This document shows, piece by piece, positions 50,601 to 64,000 of a stretch of DNA of 64,000 nucleotides. The first letter of the stretch is position 1; each line of letters begins with the position of its first letter. The notes below the pieces were generated by a model. The model saw only the letters and a list, made by a program, of their open reading frames with translations. It had not been told where the DNA came from and did not search any database. The position numbers and the translations under genes were made by a program. Origin of the DNA: Macrostomum lignano (Eukaryota); assembly GCA_002269645.1 (NCBI GenBank), contig NIVC01001504.1, forward strand, positions 186,001-250,000, given 5' to 3'.

Positions 50601-51796
50601 GAAGCAATTTCTTGTTGCTAGCGAAGACCTCGGACCGGCTCAAGCAGACAGGGAACTGCCATTTCCGGCTGGGATTTCGGGGAGCACGCGAATCCGCCAT
50701 CAATGAGAGGCCGTCAGCCTGGTCTGAGAAACAGAGAAAGTTTGCAGAGGGAAGCTGAGGGGTGGCTCAGTTTGGGCCAATTCTCACCTCCGCCGCGCCT
50801 GCTTGCATTATTAATGAGCAGTTTGCGCGACAGTTCCCATCCCGATCAAAGTCCCCATGGACTCAAATCCCCTTTTTTATGAGTAGCTGCAGCAGCCTCT
50901 CTTCTCAACCGGGATGGCACAGTTTCCCAAACTATTAAATTCCACTCTAACGAGCAGTTGAAAGCTTGATGCAGCTCAGCGGGGAGTCTGCGGGACTGAT
51001 GAGGCTCCCCGATTGCTAACTGCAGCGGAAGCTGACCGGCACCTGGTGGCTGGGTGAGATAAAAAACAACTTTAATTATCTTCTAGTTCTCTGAGAAGCT
51101 GATGATGCCGATTGGCACCGAAGGTAGGGGGGGGTCTTCAAGCTGCCAGGTGGTCAACTTATAAATCAATCAATTTTTGCAATCAATGGGTGACACCAGA
51201 ATAACTTGCTCTGCAGAGACTTTCCCCTGGCAACGCTGTGAGCACGAAATAACCATCAATACAAACCAATGCAGTCTTTGAAGACAGGCCCGTGTGCTAG
51301 TAGCACTGTATGACTGTAAGACTGTAAGGCTGTATGACTGTAAGACTGTAAGACTGTATGACTGTAAGACTGTAAGACTGTATGACTGTATGACTGTAAG
51401 ACTGTATGACTGTATGACTGTAAGACTGTATGACTGTAAGACTGTAAATCGTCACATTTTTGCTACAGCTGGTAACTGTACCTTCTCACCAGCACAGCGG
51501 GGGGGGCTCACCTGAATGGCGTTGGTGACGTTCCAGCCGGCCTGCCACTCGTTGATCTGGTCCCGCCCCGAGCCGCCCGCCGTGAACTCGCCGTCGTCAC
51601 CGCCAGCCCGACCGTCGACCGCGCCGTCGTCGGCCTCCTCCACGAAGCGGTGAAATCCCTGCAGGCTGTCCGTCGCGCCGCCGCCGCTGCCGACACCGCA
51701 GCTGCCGCTTCCGCTGCCGTCCTCAGGCAGCTTCGGCCTGGTCAGGAAAGTCCGCAGACGCTGCTGCGGCACCGAGTGAGAGCCGTAGCCGCTCAT
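47640..51796 (-). CDS. SLC32A1: Vesicular inhibitory amino acid (GABA/glycine) transporter, ~491 aa; exons 51796-51512, 49275-48802, 48356-47640
   Basis: WQAGWNVTNAIQ|GMFLVSLPYAVMHGGYW, CCYTGRVLVDCLYE, SYTSHIFLPTLEG, LALKALFSYPLPYFAA, VPHFALLCGLIGSFTGTMLSFVWP; phase-0 GT-AG junctions. Confidence 0.95.
48357..48775. repeat. ~31-bp minisatellite filling VIAAT intron 2, homologous to the first codons of exon 3
   Basis: Unit gggaatgtgcagatgtctatgtaaaactg versus exon ggggaatgtatagatgtctatgtggaactg. Confidence 0.95.
49288..49715. repeat. 12-bp degenerate minisatellite abutting the VIAAT exon 2 acceptor
   Basis: gaatctcactc(c/a/g) variants. Confidence 0.9.
51305..51445. repeat. 8/9-bp repeat
   Basis: gactgtaa/gactgtat. 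Confidence 0.9.
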
Positions 51797-52134
51797 TGCC
51801 GCTGCATCGAATTCTGGGGGCTGGGGACTCGCTCGAGCTGGCGCGCCGGGGCAGCTGCTCAATTTAATTTGAGTCCCGCCTGCCTCACCCCACCCTGCAG
51901 GCTCCGGCCAATGGGGGCGACTGACCTCCCCTCCTCGCAAATCTGACCATCGCCTGCGGGGCTGCGAGCCGCTGCAAATGCGGTTCCCGTGTTGACCCCC
52001 TCCGCAGCTGTCCGAGTTCCCGCCGGACACTTGGCCGGGAAGAATTTTAATCCGCATGATGCCTGATTGTTTGATTGACACTGGCCAGGGCTGGGCCGAT
52101 AGCCCCATCGGCCCCTCGGGGAAAATGCCGCTTG

Positions 52135-53645
52135 ACATCTGACACATCCATCTGACATCTATCTGACACATCTATCTGACACATCTATCTGACACATCCA
52201 TCTGACATCTATCTGACACATCCATCTGACACATCCATCTGACACATCCATCTGACACATCCATCTGACACATTCATCTGACACATCCATCTGACACATT
52301 CATCTGACACATTCATCTGACACATCCATCTGACACATCCATCTGACACATTCATATTACACAGGAATATGACACATTCATCTGACACATTCATCCGACA
52401 CATCCATCCGACACATCCATCTGACACATCCATCTGACACATCCATCTGACACATCCATCTGACACATCCATCTGACACATCCATCTGACACATCCATCT
52501 GACACATTCATCTGACACATTCATCTGACACATCCATCTGACACATCCATCTGACACATTCATCTTACACACCCATCTGACACATTCATCTGACACATCC
52601 ATCTGACACATCCATCTGACACATTCATATTACACAGGAATATGACACATCCATCTGACACATCCATCTGACACATCCATCTTACACACCCATCTGACAC
52701 ATCCATCTGACACATCCATCTGACACATCCATCTGACACATCCATCTGACACATCCATCTGACACATCCATCTGACACATCCATCTGACACATACATCTG
52801 ACACATCCATCTGACACATCCATCTGACACATCCATCTGACACATCCATCTGACACATTCATCTGACACATTCATCTGACACATCCATCTGACACATCCA
52901 TCTGACACATTCATATTACACAGGAATATGACACATCCATCTGACACATCCATCTGACACATCCATCTGACACATCCATCTTACACACCCATCTGACACA
53001 TCCATCTGACACATCCACCTGACACATCAATCTGACACATCCATCTGACACATTCATATTACACAGGAATATGACACATCCATCTGACACATCCATCTGA
53101 CACATCCATCTGACACATTCATCTTACACACCCACCTGACACATCCATCTGAAACATCCACCTGACACATCCATCTGAAACATCCACCTGACACATCCAT
53201 CTGACACATCCATCTTACATAGGAATATGACACATCCATCTGACACATTCATATTACACAGGAATATGACACATCCATCTGACACATTCATCTGACACAT
53301 CCATCTGACACATTCATCTGACACATCCATCTGACACATCCATCTGACACATCCATCTGACACATCCATCTGACACATTCATCTGACACATTCATATTAC
53401 ACCGGAATATGACACATCCATCTGACACATCCATCTTATATAGGAATATGACACATCCATCTGACACATTCATATTACACAGGAATATGACACATCCATC
53501 TTACACAGGAATATGAAACATCCATCTGACACATCCATCTGACACATCTATCTGACACATCCATCTGACACATCCATCTGACACATCCATCTGACATAGC
53601 CATCTGACACATCCATCTGACACATCCTTCTGACACATTCACCTG
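52135..53645. repeat. 13-bp minisatellite (1.5 kb) with periodic higher-order interruptions
   Basis: tctgacacatcca, with recurrent ttcatattacacaggaatatga inserts. Confidence 0.97.
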
Positions 53646-54059
53646 ACTGACGCAAACCTGACGCCTAGCGTGATACGAGCACTTAAAATACAAAAATCTG
53701 ACACACACAACTGACACCCAACAGCGGCATCTGACACTAGCACCTGACACAAACCCCCTGACACCAGCACTTCGCAAATGACTTTATGAAAATACAGGAA
53801 AAGCAAAAACGTCAACTAGAAAAAATTTCTTCATTTGAAAAAACAAATTGTTTGTCAATCCATTGGTTTGAGTTTTATTAGCTGAAAAATTCAAAAGAAC
53901 TTTACTGTCGTAGTTCAAAAATAAAGATAGAAGTTTTCCCAGCTGGGCGCTGCAAGTAGTAACAAAGGCACTTAAAGGTAAACATCCGTATTCAGTCTGT
54001 TGAATCTGTCAGTGTATGTGTCATTGAACGTCAGTAAACTTGTCAGACAATGTGAAAGT

Positions 54060-54385
54060 GAATGCGTCAGTGGATGTGTCAGTGGATGTGTCAGTGAATG
54101 TGTCAGTGAATGTGTCAGTGAATGTGTCAGTGAATGTGTCAGTGAATGTGTCAGTGATATGTCAATGAATGTGTCAGTGAGTGTGTCAGTGAATGCGTCA
54201 GTGGATGTGTCAGTGGATGTGTCAGTGAATGTGTCAGTGAATGTGTCAGTGAATGTGTCAGTGAATGTGTCAGTGAATGTGTCAGTGAATGTGTCGGTGA
54301 ATGCGTCAGTGAATGTGTCAGTGAATGTGTCGGTGAATGCGTCAGTGAATGTGTCAGTGAATGTGTCAGTGAATGCGTCAGTGGA
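54060..54385. repeat. 12-bp minisatellite starting at the stop codon of the secreted-protein gene
   Basis: gtcagtgaatgt/gtcagtggatgt (minus strand: CAC TGA cacatt). Confidence 0.95.
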
Positions 54386-54968
54386 TTATCTTTCTGTCGC
54401 ATTCCTCAGCCAGCTCGTGCAGGATTTTCTTGTCATAGAAGTAGTTCTCGGTGCGGAAGGCCTCGAGGCCGCAGGCTTTGACGGTCCTGATGGCCGGCCT
54501 GTAGACGCTGAAGCCGGCGCAGCTGCCGGCAAACTCGAGCACCCGCAGCTGCACGTCGGTCTCCCGACAATAGAAGTCCATGAGGCTGATCTTGATGCTG
54601 TTGGGCTTGTCCGACACGCACTGGTTGGTGCGGTAGTCCGGCTGCAGCAGGCTGGGGTCGGAGACCTCGCATTGGCGCACCGGGCAGACGCGCCTGGCGT
54701 TGCCGGCCTGGTCGCAGGTGCACCGAGTCACGGTGGCGTTGCCGGGCCCTGGCAGCCGCAGGGACAGCGCGCCGCCCTCTCGCAGATGGTGCGCCAGTTC
54801 GGGACAGAGGTGGGTCACCAGCAGCTCCGGACTCTCCGTTGGCTGGGCATCTGCAGCCGTCAGCAGAAGCAGAAGACAGCAGCAGACGCGGCTGAATGAG
54901 GATGAAGCGAGGTCTGAGAGCGACATTTTGCCCGTGGTTCTGTGGCCGCCTGGCTTGAAGAGGGACAT
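54378..54968 (-). CDS. Uncharacterised secreted Cys-rich protein (start at 54968 or 54926)
   Basis: Signal-like CCCLLLLLTAADA; 10 Cys in the mature part; GC-rich codon usage like the other exons; possible 5' UTR intron (donor gcc|gtaagt ~55319, acceptor ~55008); minus-strand AATAAA at 53874-53879. Confidence 0.72.
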   Translation of the reverse strand: MSLFKPGGHRTTGKMSLSDLASSSFSRVCCCLLLLLTAADAQPTESPELLVTHLCPELAHHLREGGALSLRLPGPGNATVTRCTCDQAGNARRVCPVRQCEVSDPSLLQPDYRTNQCVSDKPNSIKISLMDFYCRETDVQLRVLEFAGSCAGFSVYRPAIRTVKACGLEAFRTENYFYDKKILHELAEECDRKIIH

Positions 54969-55434
54969 CCGACTAGCGCATATTTTATAACAGCCGAGCT
55001 GTCAGCTCTGCGGCCAATTAGACAGAACTGAGAGCCATGGAGCTCTGGCCCTAGAATATGGACAGGCAGCTGCAAGCTGTTGTGCGAATGGCGGGTCTCC
55101 ATGAATGAAGAGAAGCGTCACCCCGCCCCTGCCCTCCGTCCCTCACTGTCTGCACCGCGAGACGATAAAAAACGAAAACAGAAGGGGCTGCTTTGTGCTT
55201 TTGACAAACAAAGCGTGGGAGTTACTCCGGGACAGTCTTGCTACTGTTTGCTTTAGCAGAAGCCTGCTAATGCAGAGGCACAAATACCCGAAACAGGCCC
55301 GTACGTAACGAAAACTTACGGCTCAGGCTCATGCAGACACACAGAATTCCAGCAGTAGGCAGACACGGCGCAGGCATGCCCTGACTGGCATCAGCTGAGC
55401 TCATAAATACGCACAAATGCATAATACAGTGCCA

Positions 55435-56055
55435 CATATTCACAAAGATTTACACAGACTCACGCAGATTCACTTTGATTCACAGACTCACCCAGGCTCA
55501 CCCAGACTCACAAAGATTCACACAGACTCAGATAGACTCACACAGACCCACCCAGACTCACACAGACTCACTTTGATTCACAGACTCACCCAGACTCACC
55601 CAGACTCACACAGACTCACACAGACTCACACAGACTCACACAGACTCACACAGACTCACAAAGATTCACACAGACTCACACAGACTCACACAGACTCACA
55701 CAGACTCACCCAGACTCACAAAGATTCACACAGACTCAGACAGACTCACACAGACCCACCCAGACTCACACAGACTCACTTTGATTCACAGACTCACACA
55801 GACTCACACAGACTCACACAGACTCACAAAGATTCACACAGACTCACAAAGATTCACACAGACTCACACAGACTCACACAGACTCACACAGATTCACAAA
55901 GATTCACACAGACTCACACAGACTCATACACAAAGATTCACAGACTCACACAGACTCACACAGACTCACAAAGACTCACAAAGATTCACGCACTCACACA
56001 GACTCACACAGACTCACGCAGACTCACGCAGACTCACACAGACTCAAATAGACTC
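55435..56055. repeat. 10-bp minisatellite
   Basis: cacagactca variants. Confidence 0.95.
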
Positions 56056-56257
56056 AGCTGGATGAAAATGAATAAAGCGAGTCCAGGTGAATTCAACGCA
56101 GTTTTGCTAGAAAGCTTAACAAGTGTTGCCGGGTGTTGCCCATTCGTGGCTCTCATGCCAGGCTCAGAGACCGCATGGTGTCATCAGTAAACTGCCATGA
56201 ATAAACAGCGCAATTTCAAAGTTCAAAGTTCAACGACGGCCGACCAACTCCAGCGAA

Positions 56258-59388
<3,131 letters not shown>

Positions 59389-59719
59389 GCTGTATTCGAG
59401 AGTGACGCCTGTCGCTCAGCAGCTCTGAGTCAGAATTTTTGGCGACTCTCTTTATCTACCTGGCCCGGCCAGAGCGCACGCCTGAGAGATTGCGCGAGTA
59501 GCTCACGCTCAGGTAGGTGCCAGCCCGGGCCTGTAGGAGCGCGTCAGAGCCACCTGACCTTCGGATGAGCTTTCGCTTGGGGTCAGAGACGGACTCAACT
59601 GATAAGAGCTGCGGACTGAAGGCTGGCTGTGTGGTATGAAATTCTTTGGCAGCAACACATATTGTTCGGTGCGAGCTCTGCTGCCTCTGCAGTTATTTTT
59701 CGCTTGCTTCTGTGCACTC

Positions 59720-60545
59720 AATTCTACCTGCTTACTGTTCTACCTGCTCTCAGTTCTACCTGCTCTCTGTTCTACCTGCTCTCAGTTCTACCTGCTCTCT
59801 GTTCTACCTGCTCTCTGTTCTACCTGCTCTCAGTTCTACCTGCTCTCAGTTCTACCTGCTCTCTGTTCTACCTGCTCTCAGTTCTACCTGCTCTCTGTTC
59901 TACCTGCTCTCTGTTCTACCTGCTCTCTGTTCTACCTGCTCTCAGTTCTACCTGCTCTCAGTTCTACCTGCTCTCAGTTCTACCTGCTCTCTGTTCTACC
60001 TGCTCTCTGTTCTACCTGCTCTCACATCTACCTGCTCTCACATCTACCTGCTCTCTGTTCTACCTGCTCTCTGTTCTACCTGCTCTCACATCTACCTGCT
60101 CTCAGTTCTACCTGCTCTCTGTTCTACCTGCTCTCAGTTCTACCTGCTCTCTGTTCTACCTGCTCTCTGTTCTACCTGCTCTCACATCTACCTGCTCTCT
60201 GTTCTACCTGCTCTCTGTTCTACCTGCTCTCTGTTCTACCTGCTCTCTGTTCTACCTGCTCTCTGTTCTACCTGCTCTCTGTTCTACCTGCTCTCAGTTC
60301 TACCTGCTCTCAGTTCTACCTGCTCTCTGTTCTACCTGCTCTCTGTTCTACCTGCTCTCTGTTCTACCTGCTCTCAGTTCTACCTGCTCTCTGTTCTACC
60401 TGCTCTCAGTTCTACCTGCTCTCAGTTCTACCTGCTCTCAGTTCTACCTGCTCTCAGTTCTACCTGCTCTCACATCTACCTGCTCTCAGTTCTACCTGCC
60501 CTCAGTTCTACCTGCTCTCTGTTCTACCTGCTCTCTGTTCTACTC
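59720..60545. repeat. 16-bp minisatellite
   Basis: ttctacctgctctctg/cag. Confidence 0.97.
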
Positions 60546-60904
60546 TCTATTCTACTCCTTCGTAGTCACTGAAAGAAACTGTTGAGTTTCGGCTGAACTA
60601 TAGTATTGCATAGAAAATGACATGATGCGATTAAACAAATCCTTTCAACATGTATTTGAATGCGCTATTGATGAAATCATGCAGTGTGCTACAGGAAAGA
60701 GCTGTGCTAAACATCGCGAGTTACAGAGCTGGGCCTGAAAAAGGAATTGGGATAGACAGAGCCGCTTTATGAGGGAGTAACATTTCAGTATCAAAAATTT
60801 AAAGGAAAAAGTTCAGAGAAGCCACCGAGGACCGCGTGTAGTAGGAGTGACGTCATACTTTTAAAAAGTAAAGCCTTTTTTACAGCCTAACTGATTAATG
60901 ATTG

Positions 60905-61310
60905 ATTTGATGTTGACTAGATATTTTTAGATATTGACTAGAGGTTGATTAGAGATTGTTTATACATTGATTAGATACTGATTAGATATTGATTAGAGGT
61001 TGATTATATATTGATTAGATATTGATTAGATAGTGATTAGATATTGATTAGATGGTGATTAGATATTGATTAGATATTGATTAGATATCGATTAGATATT
61101 GTTTAGTTTTTGATTAGATATTGAGTGGATATTGATTGGATACTGATTATATATTGATTAGATATTGATTAGATATTGATAAGATACTGATTAGATACTG
61201 ATTAGATATTGATTAGATATTGATTAGAGGTTCACCAAAGATTGATTAGATAACTGATTAGATACTGATAAGAAATTGATTAGGTTATGATTAGACATTG
61301 ATTAGACATT
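60905..61310. repeat. 11-bp degenerate minisatellite
   Basis: gattagatatt. Confidence 0.9.
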
Positions 61311-62177
61311 TATTCAAAGTGCGCCTCGTCCATTTCCTACTATTTGCTGTCCTGGGGCAGAAATGACAGAACAGGAAAGCTCTACAAAGCGTGAATTTAT
61401 TCATTGCCAATCATTTTGCCATGGCTTGCTCTCGCCAGAAGTTACATCAGCCCTGCCAGCCGCTCCCCGGGGGAGGCATGGTTTGAGGACAGCTGAAGGG
61501 GCACAACAAACAGCAGCAGTTGCTGCGGAGAAGGCGGGCCGCTGAAGGCGGAGGCCACACAAGCAGCCGGCCAGACCTGCATGCCAAATTTGCCTCAGCC
61601 TGGGGAGCAGTGCGCGGCAGCTGCAGGCTGCTGGACCCCCTGCCTTCTCTTCATCTCGCCCTGTCTGCCAGCATCCACCACTCCCCAGCTGCCTTCCCAT
61701 CAGGGCGAGGCTCCATTGCTCTGTCCCGCTCCCCTACCCCCCCGCGCACTTTAGGACAACAGAAGGCTGGGAGCAGAGGGGGGCAAAGCACGGAGGATGA
61801 AGGGAAGAGGCTGAACTGCTGCTCCAGCGCGGATGGAGCGGCAGGACAAGCAGCAGCGGCAGCTGGGCTGCTCAAACAATGGCTGAGTCCTGAGGGGCGG
61901 CCAAGGCGCCCTCCACCGACATTGGCGGCCGGGGCGGCTGCACTTTTGCGATTCCCCACCGACTGCCGCACGCCCCGAAGCTGCGGAGCTGCTCCATCAC
62001 TGACACAAGCGATTGCAAAACACCTGGCAACCAGGGGGGGGGGTTACTGGCTTGACTGCTGGGGACATTGCTGGTGTCGTTTGGGCGCATTTGTAGGAAG
62101 AAATGGCTGTGAAAAATTGTGTTCGCGAGTCCTCAGTTCAGACTGATGAAGATCAGAGTGTCAGCATCGCGGGAGCT

Positions 62178-62363
62178 TCAGTGCAGCCGGGTTTTCTCCC
62201 GGCGCAGGCCGCCCTCCGGCGGCTCGCGGGCGGCCTCCACGGGCCGGCCGTTCAGCGTGAGCTCATAGCGGGTGCCGCCGCGGCCGCCCGGCACGATGCT
62301 GATGCGGCCCTTCTGGCCGTCCAGCTCGAAGTCCAGCGTGGAGCCGGTGTCGCTGAAGTCGCT
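62178..62363 (-). CDS. Terminal coding exon of a FAIM-like (Fas apoptotic inhibitory molecule) protein; upstream exons lie beyond the right edge
   Basis: Acceptor aacgcag|AGC. SDFSDTGSTLDFELDGQKGRISIVPGGRGGTRYELTLNGRPV aligns by eye with the FAIM C-terminal GEFVDDGTETHFSIG..I....G....G..HTL.VD.R.I. Confidence 0.55.
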   Translation of the reverse strand, partial: SDFSDTGSTLDFELDGQKGRISIVPGGRGGTRYELTLNGRPVEAAREPPEGGLRREKTRLH

Positions 62364-62371
62364 CTGCGTTA

Positions 62372-62530
62372 TTTGGGTTGGGTTGGCTGCATTGCGAGAC
62401 ATGAGATCCGGGTGGTTGGGTTGGCTGCATTGCGAGACATGAGATCCGGGTGGTTGGGTTGGCTGCATTGCGAGACATGAGATCCGGGTGGTTGGGTTGG
62501 CTGCATTGCGAGACATGAGATCCGGGTGGG
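62372..62530. repeat. 38-bp minisatellite, ~4 copies, abutting the FAIM-like acceptor
   Basis: atgagatccgggtggttgggttggctgcattgcgagac. Confidence 0.93.
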
Positions 62531-62739
62531 GTGCAGATGAGCCAGCTGGAGCTCTGCTGGCCGGCTTTTGCCACAAAGTTGACGAATACTTGCAGGTTTA
62601 TCAAACAGAGTTCTGTGGAGATTTTCACTTTTATTTTCTACTAGAAGATATTTTTTTCTGGTTGGATTTTTTCAGCCAAATTTGTCTATGGTAAAACCAG
62701 ATTTGTTGTGTGAAATATGCAAACCTCTGTGACGGGGGG

Positions 62740-64000
62740 CGATGACCAGCACAGATGGGAGGGCGATGACCTGCCCAGACGGGAGGATAATGACCAGCAC
62801 AGATGGGAGGATAATGACCAGCACAGATGGGAGGATAATGACCAGCACAGACGGGAGGATAATGACCAGCACAGATGGGAGGATAATGACCAGCACAGAT
62901 GGGAGGATAATGACCAGCACAGATGGGAGGATAATGACCAGCACAGACGGGAGGATAATGACCAGCACAGACGGGAGGATAATGACCAGCACAGACGGGA
63001 GGATAATGACCAGCACAGACGGGAGGATAATGACCAGCACAGATGGGAGGATAATGACCAGCACAGACGGGAGGATAATGACCAGCACAGATGGGAGGAT
63101 AATGACCAGCACAGACGGGAGGATAATGACCAGCACAGATGGGAGGATAATGACCAGCACAGATGGGAGGATAATGACCAGCACAGACGGGAGGATAATG
63201 ACCAGCACAGATGGGAGGATAATGACCAGCACAGATGGGAGGATAATGACCAGCACAGACGGGAGGATAATGACCAGCACAGACGGGAGGATAATTACCA
63301 GCACAGAGGGGAGGATAATGACCAGCACAGACGGGAGGATAATGACCAGCACAGATGGGAGGATAATGACCAGCACAGACGGGAGGATAATGACCAGCAC
63401 AGACGGGAGGATAATGACCAGCACAGACGGGAGGATAATGACCAGCACAGACGGGAGGATAATGACCAGCACAGATGGGAGGATAATGACCAGCACAGAT
63501 GGGAGGATAATGACCAGCACAGACGGGAGGATAATGACCAGCACAGATGGGAGGATAATGACCAGCACAGATGGGAGGATAATGACCAGCACAGATGGGA
63601 GGATAATGACCAGCACAGATGGGAGGATAATGACCAGCACAGACGGGAGGATAATGACCAGCACAGATGGGAGGATAATGACCAGCACAGATGGGAGGAT
63701 AATGACCAGCACAGATGGGAGGATAATGACCAGCACAGATGGGAGGATAATGACCAGCACAGATGGGAGGATAATGACCAGCACAGACGGGAGGATAATG
63801 ACCAGCACAGATGGGAGGATAATGACCAGCACAGACGGGAGGATAATGACCAGCACAGATGGGAGGATAATGACCAGCACAGATGGGAGGATAATGACCA
63901 GCACAGATGGGAGGATAATGACCAGCACAGATGGGAGGATAATGACCAGCACAGATGGGAGGATAATGACCAGCACAGACGGGAGGATAATGAGCAGCAC
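62740..64000. repeat. 24-bp minisatellite, >50 copies, continuing past the window end
   Basis: gggaggataatgaccagcacaga(t/c). Confidence 0.98.

Noticed and set aside
54983-54989. TATAAAA upstream of the secreted-protein ORF
   Set aside because: A strong donor at ~55319 and an acceptor at ~55008 suggest this lies inside the 5' UTR, so promoter function is unsupported.
60848-60855. CRE palindrome TGACGTCA upstream of the P450
   Set aside because: A single 8-mer is close to chance expectation in 64 kb, and there is no supporting context.

Overview
This is eukaryotic (animal) genomic DNA: GC-rich, GT-AG spliced exons separated by introns packed with minisatellites. I count more than 40 arrays by eye, roughly a third of the window. 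The style suggests a flatworm such as Macrostomum, but that is inference only. Genes reconstructed by hand with phase-consistent splice sites: a peptide-type rhodopsin GPCR (-, runs off the left edge); a small secreted PAN/Apple-like protein (-); a ~1418-aa receptor tyrosine phosphatase (signal peptide, Ig, FN3 x~4, TM, active D1, Cys-to-Asp D2; +, 17 exons); a calcyphosine-like EF-hand gene with a duplicated last exon (+); the vesicular GABA/glycine transporter VIAAT (-); an unknown secreted Cys-rich protein (-); a clan-2 cytochrome P450 (-); and a FAIM-like terminal exon (-, gene runs off the right edge). Most long ORFs in the supplied track are repeat or antisense artefacts. Best leads: (1) minisatellites seeded on splice sites and a stop codon, including two introns (VIAAT intron 2, GPCR intron 1) that look built from tandem copies of the adjacent exon, i.e. 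candidate intron gain by tandem duplication; (2) a 28S rRNA fragment centred on the R2/I-PpoI target site, with its core scrambled and flanked by inverted repeats; (3) a ~7.5-kb block almost devoid of CpG that contains it; (4) a minimal hammerhead-ribozyme-like hairpin; (5) a calcyphosine cassette exon whose stop codon may be created by splicing. All counts and alignments were done by eye; no searches were run.
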